DNA of 64,000 bases from Minisyncoccota bacterium (GTDB lineage: Bacteria; Patescibacteriota; Minisyncoccia; Phycocordibacterales; JABAAK01): assembly GCA_965204115.1 (NCBI GenBank), contig OZ241963.1, positions 468,622 to 532,621 on the forward strand, written 5' to 3'. The notes below the pieces were generated by a model. The model was not told the origin of the DNA and did not search any database. It saw only the letters and a list, made by a program, of their open reading frames with translations. Shown here in pieces: positions 17,716 through 26,197 of this stretch. The position numbers were made by a program, and so were the translations under genes. The first letter of the stretch is position 1; the number at the start of each line of letters is the position of its first letter.

Positions 17716-20700
17716 ATGTCGTTCTCTCGCTCTCTCTTTATCCTTTCCCTCATCCTTGGCGGGATGGTTTTCCTCCTCTTCGGCACTGCGCATGCGCGGG
17801 AGCGGCCCTCCTGGGATTCGTTCTCCTCGGAATATGCCGGTGTCGGTGTTGGGTATCGGGCAGGCGTGCGATTCTTTCGGGATGTCTCTGCTGATTTAGA
17901 GGGAGGAGACCCCACGCCGTCATTTTCTGTGAAAGTGGGGACCTCGCTTCCTGCGGGGCTGCAGCTCACCGGCACCGGCTATCTTGTTGGTGTGCCGACT
18001 GCCGCCGGAGTGTCGAAATTTACCATCGTGGCAAGCAATGCCTCCGGTATTGCGGAAAAACGGGTCACCTTACACATTCGTGAGCCATTCGGTGATACCA
18101 CCTATGGGCAGGGAGAGGTGCACAGCAGTATCCTTGATGCTCAAGTGTTTCTCAACAGCACCGATTGCCCGGTCGCGGCGTCAGGAGTAGGGTCACCAGG
18201 CAAGGAGGTTCTCTCATTCACTCCCGCCCTCAAGCAAGCCACCACCTGCTATCAACAGCTGCACTCTCTTCCCGCCACCGCCACCCTCACCCCGGCTCTC
18301 CTCCAACATTTCATCCAAACCTACACCGGTCGCTTTATTCCCGGAGATTTCACCCTGCCACCCGGTACCGTTCCGCTTTCTTCACCGCTCTGGAGTGATG
18401 ATCGTGTCACCTACACCACCTTTTCCAATGCACCCGTTACCCGCGACCTCTCTGATTCCCTTGTGCGCGGTTACCCCTCACCATCCTTTTCTGTGCAGGC
18501 AGGAACTGCTCTCCCGATTGGGCTTTCCCTCAGCGACTTCGGCATCATCTCCGGTACCCCCACCACTCCCACCACCGCTGATACCACCATTGTCGCCACC
18601 AATTCCTCCGGCAGCGCATCGTTTCGTATCGCCTGGACTGTGCGGGAAGGCGGGTACTCCCTCGGCTCCACCCACCCTGATGTTCGTCAGGCGCAGGTGT
18701 ACCTGAACGGCACTCCGTGTCCCATCGCCAGCACTGGCTCCGGTTCCCCCGGACAGGAGACCTCCTACTTCGGCACCAAGACCCGGCAGGCACTCAACTG
18801 CTACCAGCGGTTGCACAGCCTTCCTGTCACGAACACCATCACCCCAACGCTCCTCACACACCTGTCAAGACATTACACCCCTCCCGCTCTAAACAGACCT
18901 CAGGAGGTCTCCACACCTCTACAATCACCACTCGATCCGCCTCCTGCCCCTGCTGTTGTGCCCCAGGATGGTGTCTGCGATATCACTGTTTCGCAGGGAT
19001 GTGCCGTCGGCACCCCCGTTCAGCATGAACCCTCCTATATCTCCTTAGGAGAGCGCTGGCGCTGTCGTGGTGTCAACAACGGCTTCAGCTCTGACTGGTG
19101 TGTCCGCTGTGACGACGGCTATTCCTTTGACGGAAGAAACTGTTCCCGCAGCACCGCACAGGGTTCTCCCGGACTCCGCTGCTCCGGCACCACTGTCTCT
19201 TTCTGCCGCCTCCCTCGCTCTGCGCACGGCAATACCGTTGCCGGCGCCTGCTCCACAGGTCGCATTGGCTCTTGCGAATATGCCTGTCGTGACGGCATCT
19301 GGACTGCTGTGGCGAACAGCTGCACAAAACCAAGCCCGTGTGTCGGAAGCACTGTTGCCGGCTGTGTTCTGCAAGATACCCGACACGACACTCTCACCGA
19401 CGGCTCCTGTGCCGACGGCTCCACCGGCGCCTGCCGTTACCGCTGCACAAACAGTGTCTGGAAAGCTGTTTCTAACACTTGTGCTCGCGCCTGTGTTGAC
19501 GGTACTTTCTCCGGCTGCGCGGTGGACGCTGCTTCACACGATGCTGTCGGCGGCTCCTGTACTGCCGGCTATACCGGCTCGTGTGCGTACCGCTGCACTG
19601 ACGGCATCTGGAGCAGAGTTTCAAATACCTGCTCGGTGATACCTGTCGTGGAGAGTCAGAGGCGATCGTGTATCGAGGGCATTTTCTCCGGCTGTGCGCT
19701 GGACACCACCTCGCATAGTGCTGTTGACGGCTCCTGTGCCGTGGGCTATGTCGGCTCGTGCGCGTACCGCTGCGCTGACGGCTCTTGGAGTCAGGTTTCA
19801 AATACCTGTTCGGCAATATCTCCTGTGATGACTCAGGAGCAATTGCCCGGACCGTCTTTGGGCTGCTCGGCCAATGTTTTTTCTCACTGCGCTTTAGATG
19901 CTGTTTCTCACAGGGCGGTTGCCGGTTCGTGTGAGAGAGGGTACACCGGGTCCTGTCAGTATGCGTGTGGTAACGGGGAGTGGAATTTTGTTTCAAACAC
20001 CTGCACGCGACAGGCCTCCTTGGCCCAAAGAGTCATTACCCCGATAGTTTCCACCGTGTCGCGACTGGTCGGTGGCGGTGGCTCTACCAATGGCGAGGGA
20101 GGTGTTAGTAATGACGGGGGATATGTTAGGAAAAATACCGCATGCTTAGGCCAACAAAGTGTGGACGGTGTTTGCGACGGTCAGGGCGGGTGTTCTTCGG
20201 GGAAGAGGCGCGATCCGGGAGGGTCATACTGGACGCACGGCTCCTGTTCCGACGGCAATATTGAACGGTCGTACAGCTGTATAGGGCAGTGTGGCGGTTC
20301 AGACGCTTCATGCTCAGGCACTACGGTTTGTGATTTGGGGTGTAGTTATGGTTATGCACTTGATGGGGAAACCAGCAGCCCGCGGTGTAATAACTGCGCT
20401 TCGGACAGCGACTGTAGAACGGGAACTTTTTGCGAAAGGGGTCGGTGCATTATCGGTGTGGGAGCACGGGGGATTCCAACCTTCAGAATCGATCGTCTGG
20501 ATGAACTTCGTCAATGCGGGTGTGATACCTATGATGCGTTCTGTAGTAACAATCGCTGTACTTTCTGTTCTTGCAGCATCTTTGATGTCACGAAGAAGGA
20601 GTACAAATCAACCGGGAAATTGTGCAGTGTTACCTCTGATTGTTCAGGCGCTTCGGAAGTGGCGGGAGTTACCTGGGACAGCGAAGGGTGTCATTGTCAG

Positions 20701-22224
20701 CATTCACATGCGGACGGTTCTTTTCATGGAAATAACACACAGCATGGCACAGATGCTCAGGGTAACCGTGTTGACTCGGAGTGTACGGGTTGGTGCAGTC
20801 CCGGACCCTGCTATGAATCGGGCGGGATGTATGGCTGTCAAGTGGAGTGTGAGGACGGCATTGTAACGAAATCGAGCGGGTGCAAGAGCAGAGACGGTGC
20901 TTGGTGCGGCGGCGGCGGACTGGTGGGCACTCGCTGTTCTCGGGCCGCCGGCTCAGAAACACTCACGGCAAAAACACCTCCTAAGGTGGTTGACCGGACT
21001 AAAACTACCACAACAGGAACAGACACAGGAGGCGGCGCCGGCACAACGGGTGATGAGAGACGGCCTGATACGGGTAATGGCGGCACGATAGGCGGCACAG
21101 GCGGTGAAACAACCCTTGACTGCAGCAGCAGATCTTCCTGTCCGTGTCCGCAGAACGATTGGTGCTCCAGTGGTCAGGTGGGTACCTGTTCCTGTGTCCC
21201 CAACTCAGATGGAAGTCGCTGCATCCAAAGTCGTTCTTTGACCCCGTGTCCGCAAGGCCAAAACTGCAGCAACGGTTCATGTACAGGAGGAGGCGGCACA
21301 GGCGGTGAAACAACCCTTGACTGCAGCAGCAGATCTTCCTGTCCGTGTCCGCAGAACGATTGGTGCTCCAGTGGTCAGGTGGGTACCTGTTCCTGTGTCC
21401 CCAACTCAGATGGAAGTCGCTGCATCCAAAGTCGTTCTTTGACCCCATGTCCGCAAGGCCAAAACTGCAGTAATGGTTCATGCACCTCTTCCGGTGGCGG
21501 GAATGCCGATTGCCCGACGACGATAGAATCCTGCAGGTGCCATGGCATCAGTCTTTTCGGGGGATGTATCGGTACCTACTGGGAAAGAGTCAGGCTGTGT
21601 AATGGTGACGCACTCTCCAGAAAGTGTGGTAGTAGTACAACCAAAAAGAAAAAGGCCACTACTAAGGTTCGCGCTCCGGACAATCCCCCTAAAGGTCCGG
21701 AACCTATTCAAAACGTTCCCGCTCCAGAGAGGGCTGCCCAGAAAGCCCCTGTTCAAACGACTACCCAAAGGGCTCCTGTCCCTGTAGATGATACTCCTCC
21801 CTGCAGCTCTAATGAGTGTGGTTGTTCTAACACCGGGACATGGTGTCATGGGGGTTCATCAGAGAGGTCATGTTACTGCGCAGTGAGCAATGGGTCGTGT
21901 GTAAAGAAATATTCTACATCATCTTGCGCTAGTGGGGTCTGTAGCGGCGGGTCATGTACCTCAGCTGGCGATACTCCGAATAGTTATCCTCCAAAAAGTT
22001 ACTCGCCAAAAAGTTACTCTCCAAGAAGCTACAGTCCAAGAAGTTACTCTCCAAGAAGCTACAGTCCAAGAAGTTACTCTCCAAGAAGCTACAGTCCAAG
22101 AAGTTACTCTCCGAGAAGTTATCCCTCAGCGGATTACGGCGAGTGTTGCCACAGAGGGCACTGTCACACTAGGAGCAGGTCTTATGCAGACGGGGACCGG
22201 AGTTGCGAACACAAGAATGACTGA
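17716..22224 (+). CDS. Giant secreted Cys-rich surface protein with PG-binding-like and Ig-like domains, Cys modules and a SYSPR-repeat tail
   Basis: Signal peptide MSFSRSLFILSLILGGMVFLLFGTAHA. Two PG_binding_1-like segments (V..Q.YLN...GSPG.ET..FG..T..A..CYQ..H.LP.T..ITP). Six tandem C-x-DG-x-FSGCA-x-D...SH.AV.GSC..GY.GSC.YRC.DG.W modules. A duplicated 65-aa Cys unit. A C-terminal (SYSP[RK])n tail and a Cys/His tail. Confidence 0.75.
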   Translation: MSFSRSLFILSLILGGMVFLLFGTAHARERPSWDSFSSEYAGVGVGYRAGVRFFRDVSADLEGGDPTPSFSVKVGTSLPAGLQLTGTGYLVGVPTAAGVSKFTIVASNASGIAEKRVTLHIREPFGDTTYGQGEVHSSILDAQVFLNSTDCPVAASGVGSPGKEVLSFTPALKQATTCYQQLHSLPATATLTPALLQHFIQTYTGRFIPGDFTLPPGTVPLSSPLWSDDRVTYTTFSNAPVTRDLSDSLVRGYPSPSFSVQAGTALPIGLSLSDFGIISGTPTTPTTADTTIVATNSSGSASFRIAWTVREGGYSLGSTHPDVRQAQVYLNGTPCPIASTGSGSPGQETSYFGTKTRQALNCYQRLHSLPVTNTITPTLLTHLSRHYTPPALNRPQEVSTPLQSPLDPPPAPAVVPQDGVCDITVSQGCAVGTPVQHEPSYISLGERWRCRGVNNGFSSDWCVRCDDGYSFDGRNCSRSTAQGSPGLRCSGTTVSFCRLPRSAHGNTVAGACSTGRIGSCEYACRDGIWTAVANSCTKPSPCVGSTVAGCVLQDTRHDTLTDGSCADGSTGACRYRCTNSVWKAVSNTCARACVDGTFSGCAVDAASHDAVGGSCTAGYTGSCAYRCTDGIWSRVSNTCSVIPVVESQRRSCIEGIFSGCALDTTSHSAVDGSCAVGYVGSCAYRCADGSWSQVSNTCSAISPVMTQEQLPGPSLGCSANVFSHCALDAVSHRAVAGSCERGYTGSCQYACGNGEWNFVSNTCTRQASLAQRVITPIVSTVSRLVGGGGSTNGEGGVSNDGGYVRKNTACLGQQSVDGVCDGQGGCSSGKRRDPGGSYWTHGSCSDGNIERSYSCIGQCGGSDASCSGTTVCDLGCSYGYALDGETSSPRCNNCASDSDCRTGTFCERGRCIIGVGARGIPTFRIDRLDELRQCGCDTYDAFCSNNRCTFCSCSIFDVTKKEYKSTGKLCSVTSDCSGASEVAGVTWDSEGCHCQHSHADGSFHGNNTQHGTDAQGNRVDSECTGWCSPGPCYESGGMYGCQVECEDGIVTKSSGCKSRDGAWCGGGGLVGTRCSRAAGSETLTAKTPPKVVDRTKTTTTGTDTGGGAGTTGDERRPDTGNGGTIGGTGGETTLDCSSRSSCPCPQNDWCSSGQVGTCSCVPNSDGSRCIQSRSLTPCPQGQNCSNGSCTGGGGTGGETTLDCSSRSSCPCPQNDWCSSGQVGTCSCVPNSDGSRCIQSRSLTPCPQGQNCSNGSCTSSGGGNADCPTTIESCRCHGISLFGGCIGTYWERVRLCNGDALSRKCGSSTTKKKKATTKVRAPDNPPKGPEPIQNVPAPERAAQKAPVQTTTQRAPVPVDDTPPCSSNECGCSNTGTWCHGGSSERSCYCAVSNGSCVKKYSTSSCASGVCSGGSCTSAGDTPNSYPPKSYSPKSYSPRSYSPRSYSPRSYSPRSYSPRSYSPRSYSPRSYPSADYGECCHRGHCHTRSRSYADGDRSCEHKND
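21091..21482 (+). repeat. Near-exact tandem duplication (2 x about 196 bp) inside the giant gene
   Basis: ggcggtgaaacaacccttgactgcagcagcagatcttcctgtccgtgtccgcagaacgattgg... occurs twice back to back. It encodes TLDCSSRSSCPCPQNDWCSSGQVGTCSCVPNSDGSRCIQSRSLTPCPQGQNCSNGSC. Confidence 0.85.
22000..22125 (+). repeat. 15/30-bp in-frame microrepeat encoding (SYSPR)n
   Basis: agttactctccaagaagctacagtccaaga iterated, encoding SYSPRSYSPR about 8 times. Confidence 0.85.
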
Positions 22225-22520
22225 TCGCCTGGTGAGAACAACCCGCATACTGTGGGTTGTTTTGCCACAACACCGCTTCAGGGTTTGTGCGTCGGTCTGG
22301 CAGTGTGGGTATTGTTCATACACAGCGGCACATCCGTTCTATTTTCTGTATGGCAGCATGGTGATATATGAGACGGAGCATCTTTTCATATATCAACCTT
22401 TTCGTGACTTCTTTCCTGTTCACCTATAGTATTGTAAATTTGCTGGCGCACTTTTTTTCGCGGTATCTGTAGCAGGGTAGGATAGTTTTGTTTTTTGTTG
22501 TACTATATATGCTGTGGGCG

Positions 22521-22594
22521 GGGCGATTAGCTCAGTTGGCTAGAGCGTCTGGTTTACACCCAGAAGGTCGCAGGTTCGAGCCCTGCATCGCCCA
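22521..22594 (+). tRNA. tRNA-Val (anticodon UAC)
   Basis: GGGCGAT acceptor, D-arm GCTC-AGTTGGCTA-GAGC, anticodon stem-loop TCTGG-TTTACAC-CCAGA, T-arm GCAGG-TTCGAGC-CCTGC, 3' ATCGCCC-A. Confidence 0.85.
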
Positions 22595-22706
22595 CTAAAA
22601 AGCATTAGAAGTGTATGCTTGACATACACCTTTCGGCGGGTTGTCTTTGCGGCTGTATGGGGTGGGGTGGTGGGGCAGTGTTGTTCGTGCTGTATGATGG
22701 TGGTAT

Positions 22707-23438
22707 ATGGAGCCGGAGGTGCTGCATGAAGACGAGTATATCGTGGCTATTGATAAGCCGCACGGGTTGGTGGTGCATCGGGGCGTGGGCACGGATGAGA
22801 CGCTGGTTGATTGGATTCTTGATCGGTATCCGGAAATGCGGAGAGTGGGGGAGTCGGATTGTCAGTTGTTGCGGCCGGGGATCGTGCATCGGCTCGACAA
22901 GGATACCTCGGGGGTGATGGTGCTGGCGAGGCGGCAGGAGGCCTTTGCCGCCCTGAAGAAGCATTTTCAGAAAGGGAAAGTCGAGAAGGAGTACCATGCG
23001 TTTGTCTATGGAGAGCCGCGGGTCGCGCGCGGAACGGTCTCATTACCTATCGGGAAGAGCCGGTCTGATTTTCGGCGGTTTTCTGTGCGTCATACACGGG
23101 GGGAGCTGCGGCAGGCGCGGACGGAGTATGTGGTGGTCGGGTCGTGCACCGTGGGCGCTTCGTTTGTGCGTTTCTATCCGAAAACCGGGCGAACGCACCA
23201 GATACGGGTGCATGCTGAGTCAATGCACACGCCGATTGTATGCGATTCGTTGTATGCCGCTTCGCGGTCGCCGATGTTGGGGTTTTCCCGCCTGGCGCTG
23301 CACGCACGGCGGATATCGTTGCAAACACACTGGTACGATGAGACACTACACCTCGTCGCGCCGCATCCTGTTGATTTTTCAGAAGCGTTCTCTCTTTGTG
23401 ATGATGCGGTGCAGCAATCGGTTGCGTTTTTGGGGTAG
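22707..23438 (+). CDS. RluA-family pseudouridine synthase
   Basis: Catalytic motif HRLDKDTSGVMVLA plus HQIRVH, characteristic of the RluA/RluD family. Length 243 aa. Confidence 0.85.
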   Translation: MEPEVLHEDEYIVAIDKPHGLVVHRGVGTDETLVDWILDRYPEMRRVGESDCQLLRPGIVHRLDKDTSGVMVLARRQEAFAALKKHFQKGKVEKEYHAFVYGEPRVARGTVSLPIGKSRSDFRRFSVRHTRGELRQARTEYVVVGSCTVGASFVRFYPKTGRTHQIRVHAESMHTPIVCDSLYAASRSPMLGFSRLALHARRISLQTHWYDETLHLVAPHPVDFSEAFSLCDDAVQQSVAFLG

Positions 23439-23503
23439 TGGCGTTTTTGGTTCTCCACAATACGCATAATACTTGTTATGGTGAGGTGCTATAGTGCTTA
23501 TGT

Positions 23504-26062
23504 ATGTCTCCATTCTCGGCAGTGTGGCGTGTTTTCCTGCTTACCCTCGGTTTGACAGTGCTTATCAGCGTGGGTTTTCTCGGGGTGGCGGACGCGCAAG
23601 AGTCTACAACCCGCCGAAGCCCCTTGGATTTGGTAACAACCTGTGCCGCTGATGAATATGCCACCAGAACCAAAGAGGGCATCGTCTGCAAGGCGCCCAC
23701 AGACAACTGGGATAGTGAGGCCACCGCAGGCAGTCACTGCAGAACAGGACAGTTTCTGAAAGTTACCCCAACCGGCCTGCAGTGTTTTCCCTTCAGCGAC
23801 AAGACCAGCACCTACACCACCTACTGCTCCGACTGCTGCGGAGTTGAAGAATTTGCCGTCATCACTACCCTGGGGTTGCGTTGCGCGGGTGCCAGTTGTT
23901 CCAGTGACAGTGAGTGTGCTGGTAATGCCCACTGTGACCCCATCATCAACCGCTGTGTGCAGTGTGTCGGTGACAACTGCGGGGAGTGTGTCTGGGACAC
24001 TAACTACTCCTGTGATTCTGCGCAGCCGACAAAACGGGTCAAGCATTGTCGATTCTCCGGGGTTATACGGAATACGCAGTTCCTGACCTGTCCGCATAAC
24101 GGGACCTGTTCGGGTGGGGCGTGTGTGTGTGTGCCGAAAACTTCCGGGGGCTGGACTGCCGCGCCGTCGTGTGCCGCGCCGTCCTCCGTGCGGTGTGACA
24201 CAGCCATTCCCGATAAGTATGGCACCTGTCGGTACGGCACCACTGCGGCTTGTGAGACGATACAGTGTACCGGCACGCGACCGACGCGAACCTGCACCGG
24301 CAGGGGTACCTATTGCCCGACCGGTCAACAGTGTGGCGTGTATGGCTGCTATTCTCCGACAGGCACCTCCCCTTCTTCATACAGTCCTGCTTCGTATAGT
24401 AGTGCCCCTTCTTCATACACTCCTTCCTCCTACCCCCCCTCCTCCTATGTTGACTCCCCTCCTTCCTATCCTATTGTTGACCCCCCTCCTTCTATTGACT
24501 GCAGCAGCAAATCCTCTTGTGGGTGTTTACAAGACCAGTGTGTGGGTAATCAGGCGTACAGTTGCTCCTGTGTCGCTCGTTCGGGTCGCTGCGTTCTGAG
24601 TCGTACGCTGACCCCGTGTTCGCATGGTTGTAGTAACGGTTCATGTGATGATGACAGCCGAGGGAAGGGGGGAGGTGTAGGTGTTCGTGATCAAGGAGGC
24701 AGTTGTCCTTCGCCGAGCTACACCTGCGGTAATTGGAGCGGAGGATGTCTTACGGCGGGCAGTTTTGGCGGGTTGGTTACCGGGAACAGCAAGATACGGA
24801 GGTGTACCTGTGAATCTGAAGGCTGCTGTGATCAGGGGTCAGAGTGGTTAGAGCACGGGAATTGTAGTCAAGGCACATCAACGAATACGAAGAAGACATA
24901 CACCGGCACATGGTCAAGAGGGAGTTGTAGTTCCTCGAAAAAGATCTGTGGTATAGGAAACTTTGAGACTGAAACTTTCACCTGCTCTGTGACCTGTTCC
25001 GGAGGCGCCTGCGATCCGACTACAAAACCGAGCGGATCATACAGTGTTGAAGGAGGGTGTTGTAATGGTGGGGTAGGTATAGCATGTACTACTGATGTGC
25101 AAAGAAAACAATATGAAGACACAAGGAAGGGCGCAGAACTTGTCGTAGACACCCTCACAAGTAACCATTGTCATACGGGTGGTCGGTGTGTAACATGCTC
25201 TTCAATAGTCGGTGGACATGAGGACACCGGTCATGGTTGCGGCCCTCATAATAGTGACAGCTCTGCTACCCCCCCGTCCTACCCGCCGAATAGTTACCCT
25301 TCAGATAGTGAAGATAGTGATACTCCTCCCTGCAGCCCTAATGAGTGTGGTTGTTCTAACACCGGGACATGGTGTCATGGGGGTTCATCAGAGAGGTCAT
25401 GTTATTGCGCAGTGAGCAACGGGTCGTGTGTAAGGAAATATTCTACATCATCTTGCGCTAGTGGGGTCTGTAGCGGCGGGTCATGTACCTCAGCCGGTAA
25501 TACTCCGAATAGTTATCCTCCAAAAAGTTACTCGCCAAAAAGCTACAGTCCAAAAAGTTACTCTCCGAGAAGTTACAGTCCAAGAAGTTACTCTCCGAGA
25601 AGTTACCCTTCAGATAGTGATACTCCTCCCTGCAGCCCTAATGAGTGTGGTTGTTCTAACACCGGGACATGGTGTCATGGGGGTTCATCAGAGAGGTCAT
25701 GTTATTGCGCAGTGAGCAACGGGTCGTGTGTAAGGAAATATTCTACATCATCTTGCGCTAGTGGGGTCTGTAGCGGCGGGTCATGTACCTCAGCCGGTAA
25801 TACTCCGAATAGTTATCCTCCAAAAAGTTACTCGCCAAAAAGCTACAGTCCAAAAAGTTACTCTCCGAGAAGTTACAGTCCAAGAAGTTACTCTCCGAGA
25901 AGTTACTCCAAGAAGCCGAGAAGTTACAGTCCAAGAAGTTACTCTCCGAGAAGTTATTCCTCATCATCAGCGAGCCTCCATTGTCATTGGGGTGGTAAGT
26001 GCAGAACCTGCGGAGAAGGTCAAGGACACGAGGATACTGGTCACAGTGGTTGCAGTCATTAG
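23504..26062 (+). CDS. Giant secreted Cys-rich protein, paralogous to the C-terminal half of 17716..22224
   Basis: Signal peptide. Many Cys-rich modules. Two tandem copies of TPPCSPNECGCSNTGTWCHGGSSERSCYCAVSNGSCVRKYSTSSCASGVCSGGSCTSAG followed by SY(S/P)P(K/R) repeats. His/Cys tails HCH.GG.C.TC...GHEDTGH.GC. Confidence 0.75.
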   Translation: MSPFSAVWRVFLLTLGLTVLISVGFLGVADAQESTTRRSPLDLVTTCAADEYATRTKEGIVCKAPTDNWDSEATAGSHCRTGQFLKVTPTGLQCFPFSDKTSTYTTYCSDCCGVEEFAVITTLGLRCAGASCSSDSECAGNAHCDPIINRCVQCVGDNCGECVWDTNYSCDSAQPTKRVKHCRFSGVIRNTQFLTCPHNGTCSGGACVCVPKTSGGWTAAPSCAAPSSVRCDTAIPDKYGTCRYGTTAACETIQCTGTRPTRTCTGRGTYCPTGQQCGVYGCYSPTGTSPSSYSPASYSSAPSSYTPSSYPPSSYVDSPPSYPIVDPPPSIDCSSKSSCGCLQDQCVGNQAYSCSCVARSGRCVLSRTLTPCSHGCSNGSCDDDSRGKGGGVGVRDQGGSCPSPSYTCGNWSGGCLTAGSFGGLVTGNSKIRRCTCESEGCCDQGSEWLEHGNCSQGTSTNTKKTYTGTWSRGSCSSSKKICGIGNFETETFTCSVTCSGGACDPTTKPSGSYSVEGGCCNGGVGIACTTDVQRKQYEDTRKGAELVVDTLTSNHCHTGGRCVTCSSIVGGHEDTGHGCGPHNSDSSATPPSYPPNSYPSDSEDSDTPPCSPNECGCSNTGTWCHGGSSERSCYCAVSNGSCVRKYSTSSCASGVCSGGSCTSAGNTPNSYPPKSYSPKSYSPKSYSPRSYSPRSYSPRSYPSDSDTPPCSPNECGCSNTGTWCHGGSSERSCYCAVSNGSCVRKYSTSSCASGVCSGGSCTSAGNTPNSYPPKSYSPKSYSPKSYSPRSYSPRSYSPRSYSKKPRSYSPRSYSPRSYSSSSASLHCHWGGKCRTCGEGQGHEDTGHSGCSH
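25307..25915 (+). repeat. Tandem duplication of an about 300-bp cassette (2 copies, above 95% identical); a third about 90%-identical copy lies in the neighbouring gene at about 21791..22100
   Basis: The stretch gatactcctccctgcagccctaatgagtgtggttgttctaacaccgggacatggtgtcatggggg...agttactctccgagaagttac is repeated with a period of about 300-309 bp. The homologous stretch in gene 17716..22224 differs at a few positions. Confidence 0.85.
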
Positions 26063-26161
26063 CGTCGTTATGGACATAGCGTACTCGGAAGGCACGATTG
26101 TTTCTGTGACTAATATGGGTTTTTGCGATAAGGCATCAGACCGATTACAGTGCAAAAATAA

Positions 26162-26190
26162 AAACAACCCGCGATATTGCGGGTTGTTTG
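26162..26190. terminator. Bidirectional terminator hairpin between convergent genes
   Basis: ACAACCCGC-GATATT-GCGGGTTGT with A/T-rich flanks. Lies between the stop of 23504..26062 (+) and the stop of 26198..28063 (-). Confidence 0.6.
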
Positions 26191-26197
26191 TGTAATG

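Noticed and set aside
17547-17975. Numerous short ORFs on alternative frames or strands inside the giant genes (for example 17547..17975, 18478..18861, 19067..19639, 21005..21481)
   Set aside because: They are embedded in long, repeat-rich, high-GC coding regions. Their Pro/Arg/Ser-rich low-complexity translations are typical of shadow ORFs.
22000-22125. SYSPRSYSPR repeats resembling the eukaryotic RNA Pol II CTD (YSPTSPS) heptads
   Set aside because: The resemblance is superficial. The period is 5, not 7. The repeats sit in a secreted Cys-rich protein. Most likely a low-complexity linker or glycosylation tract.
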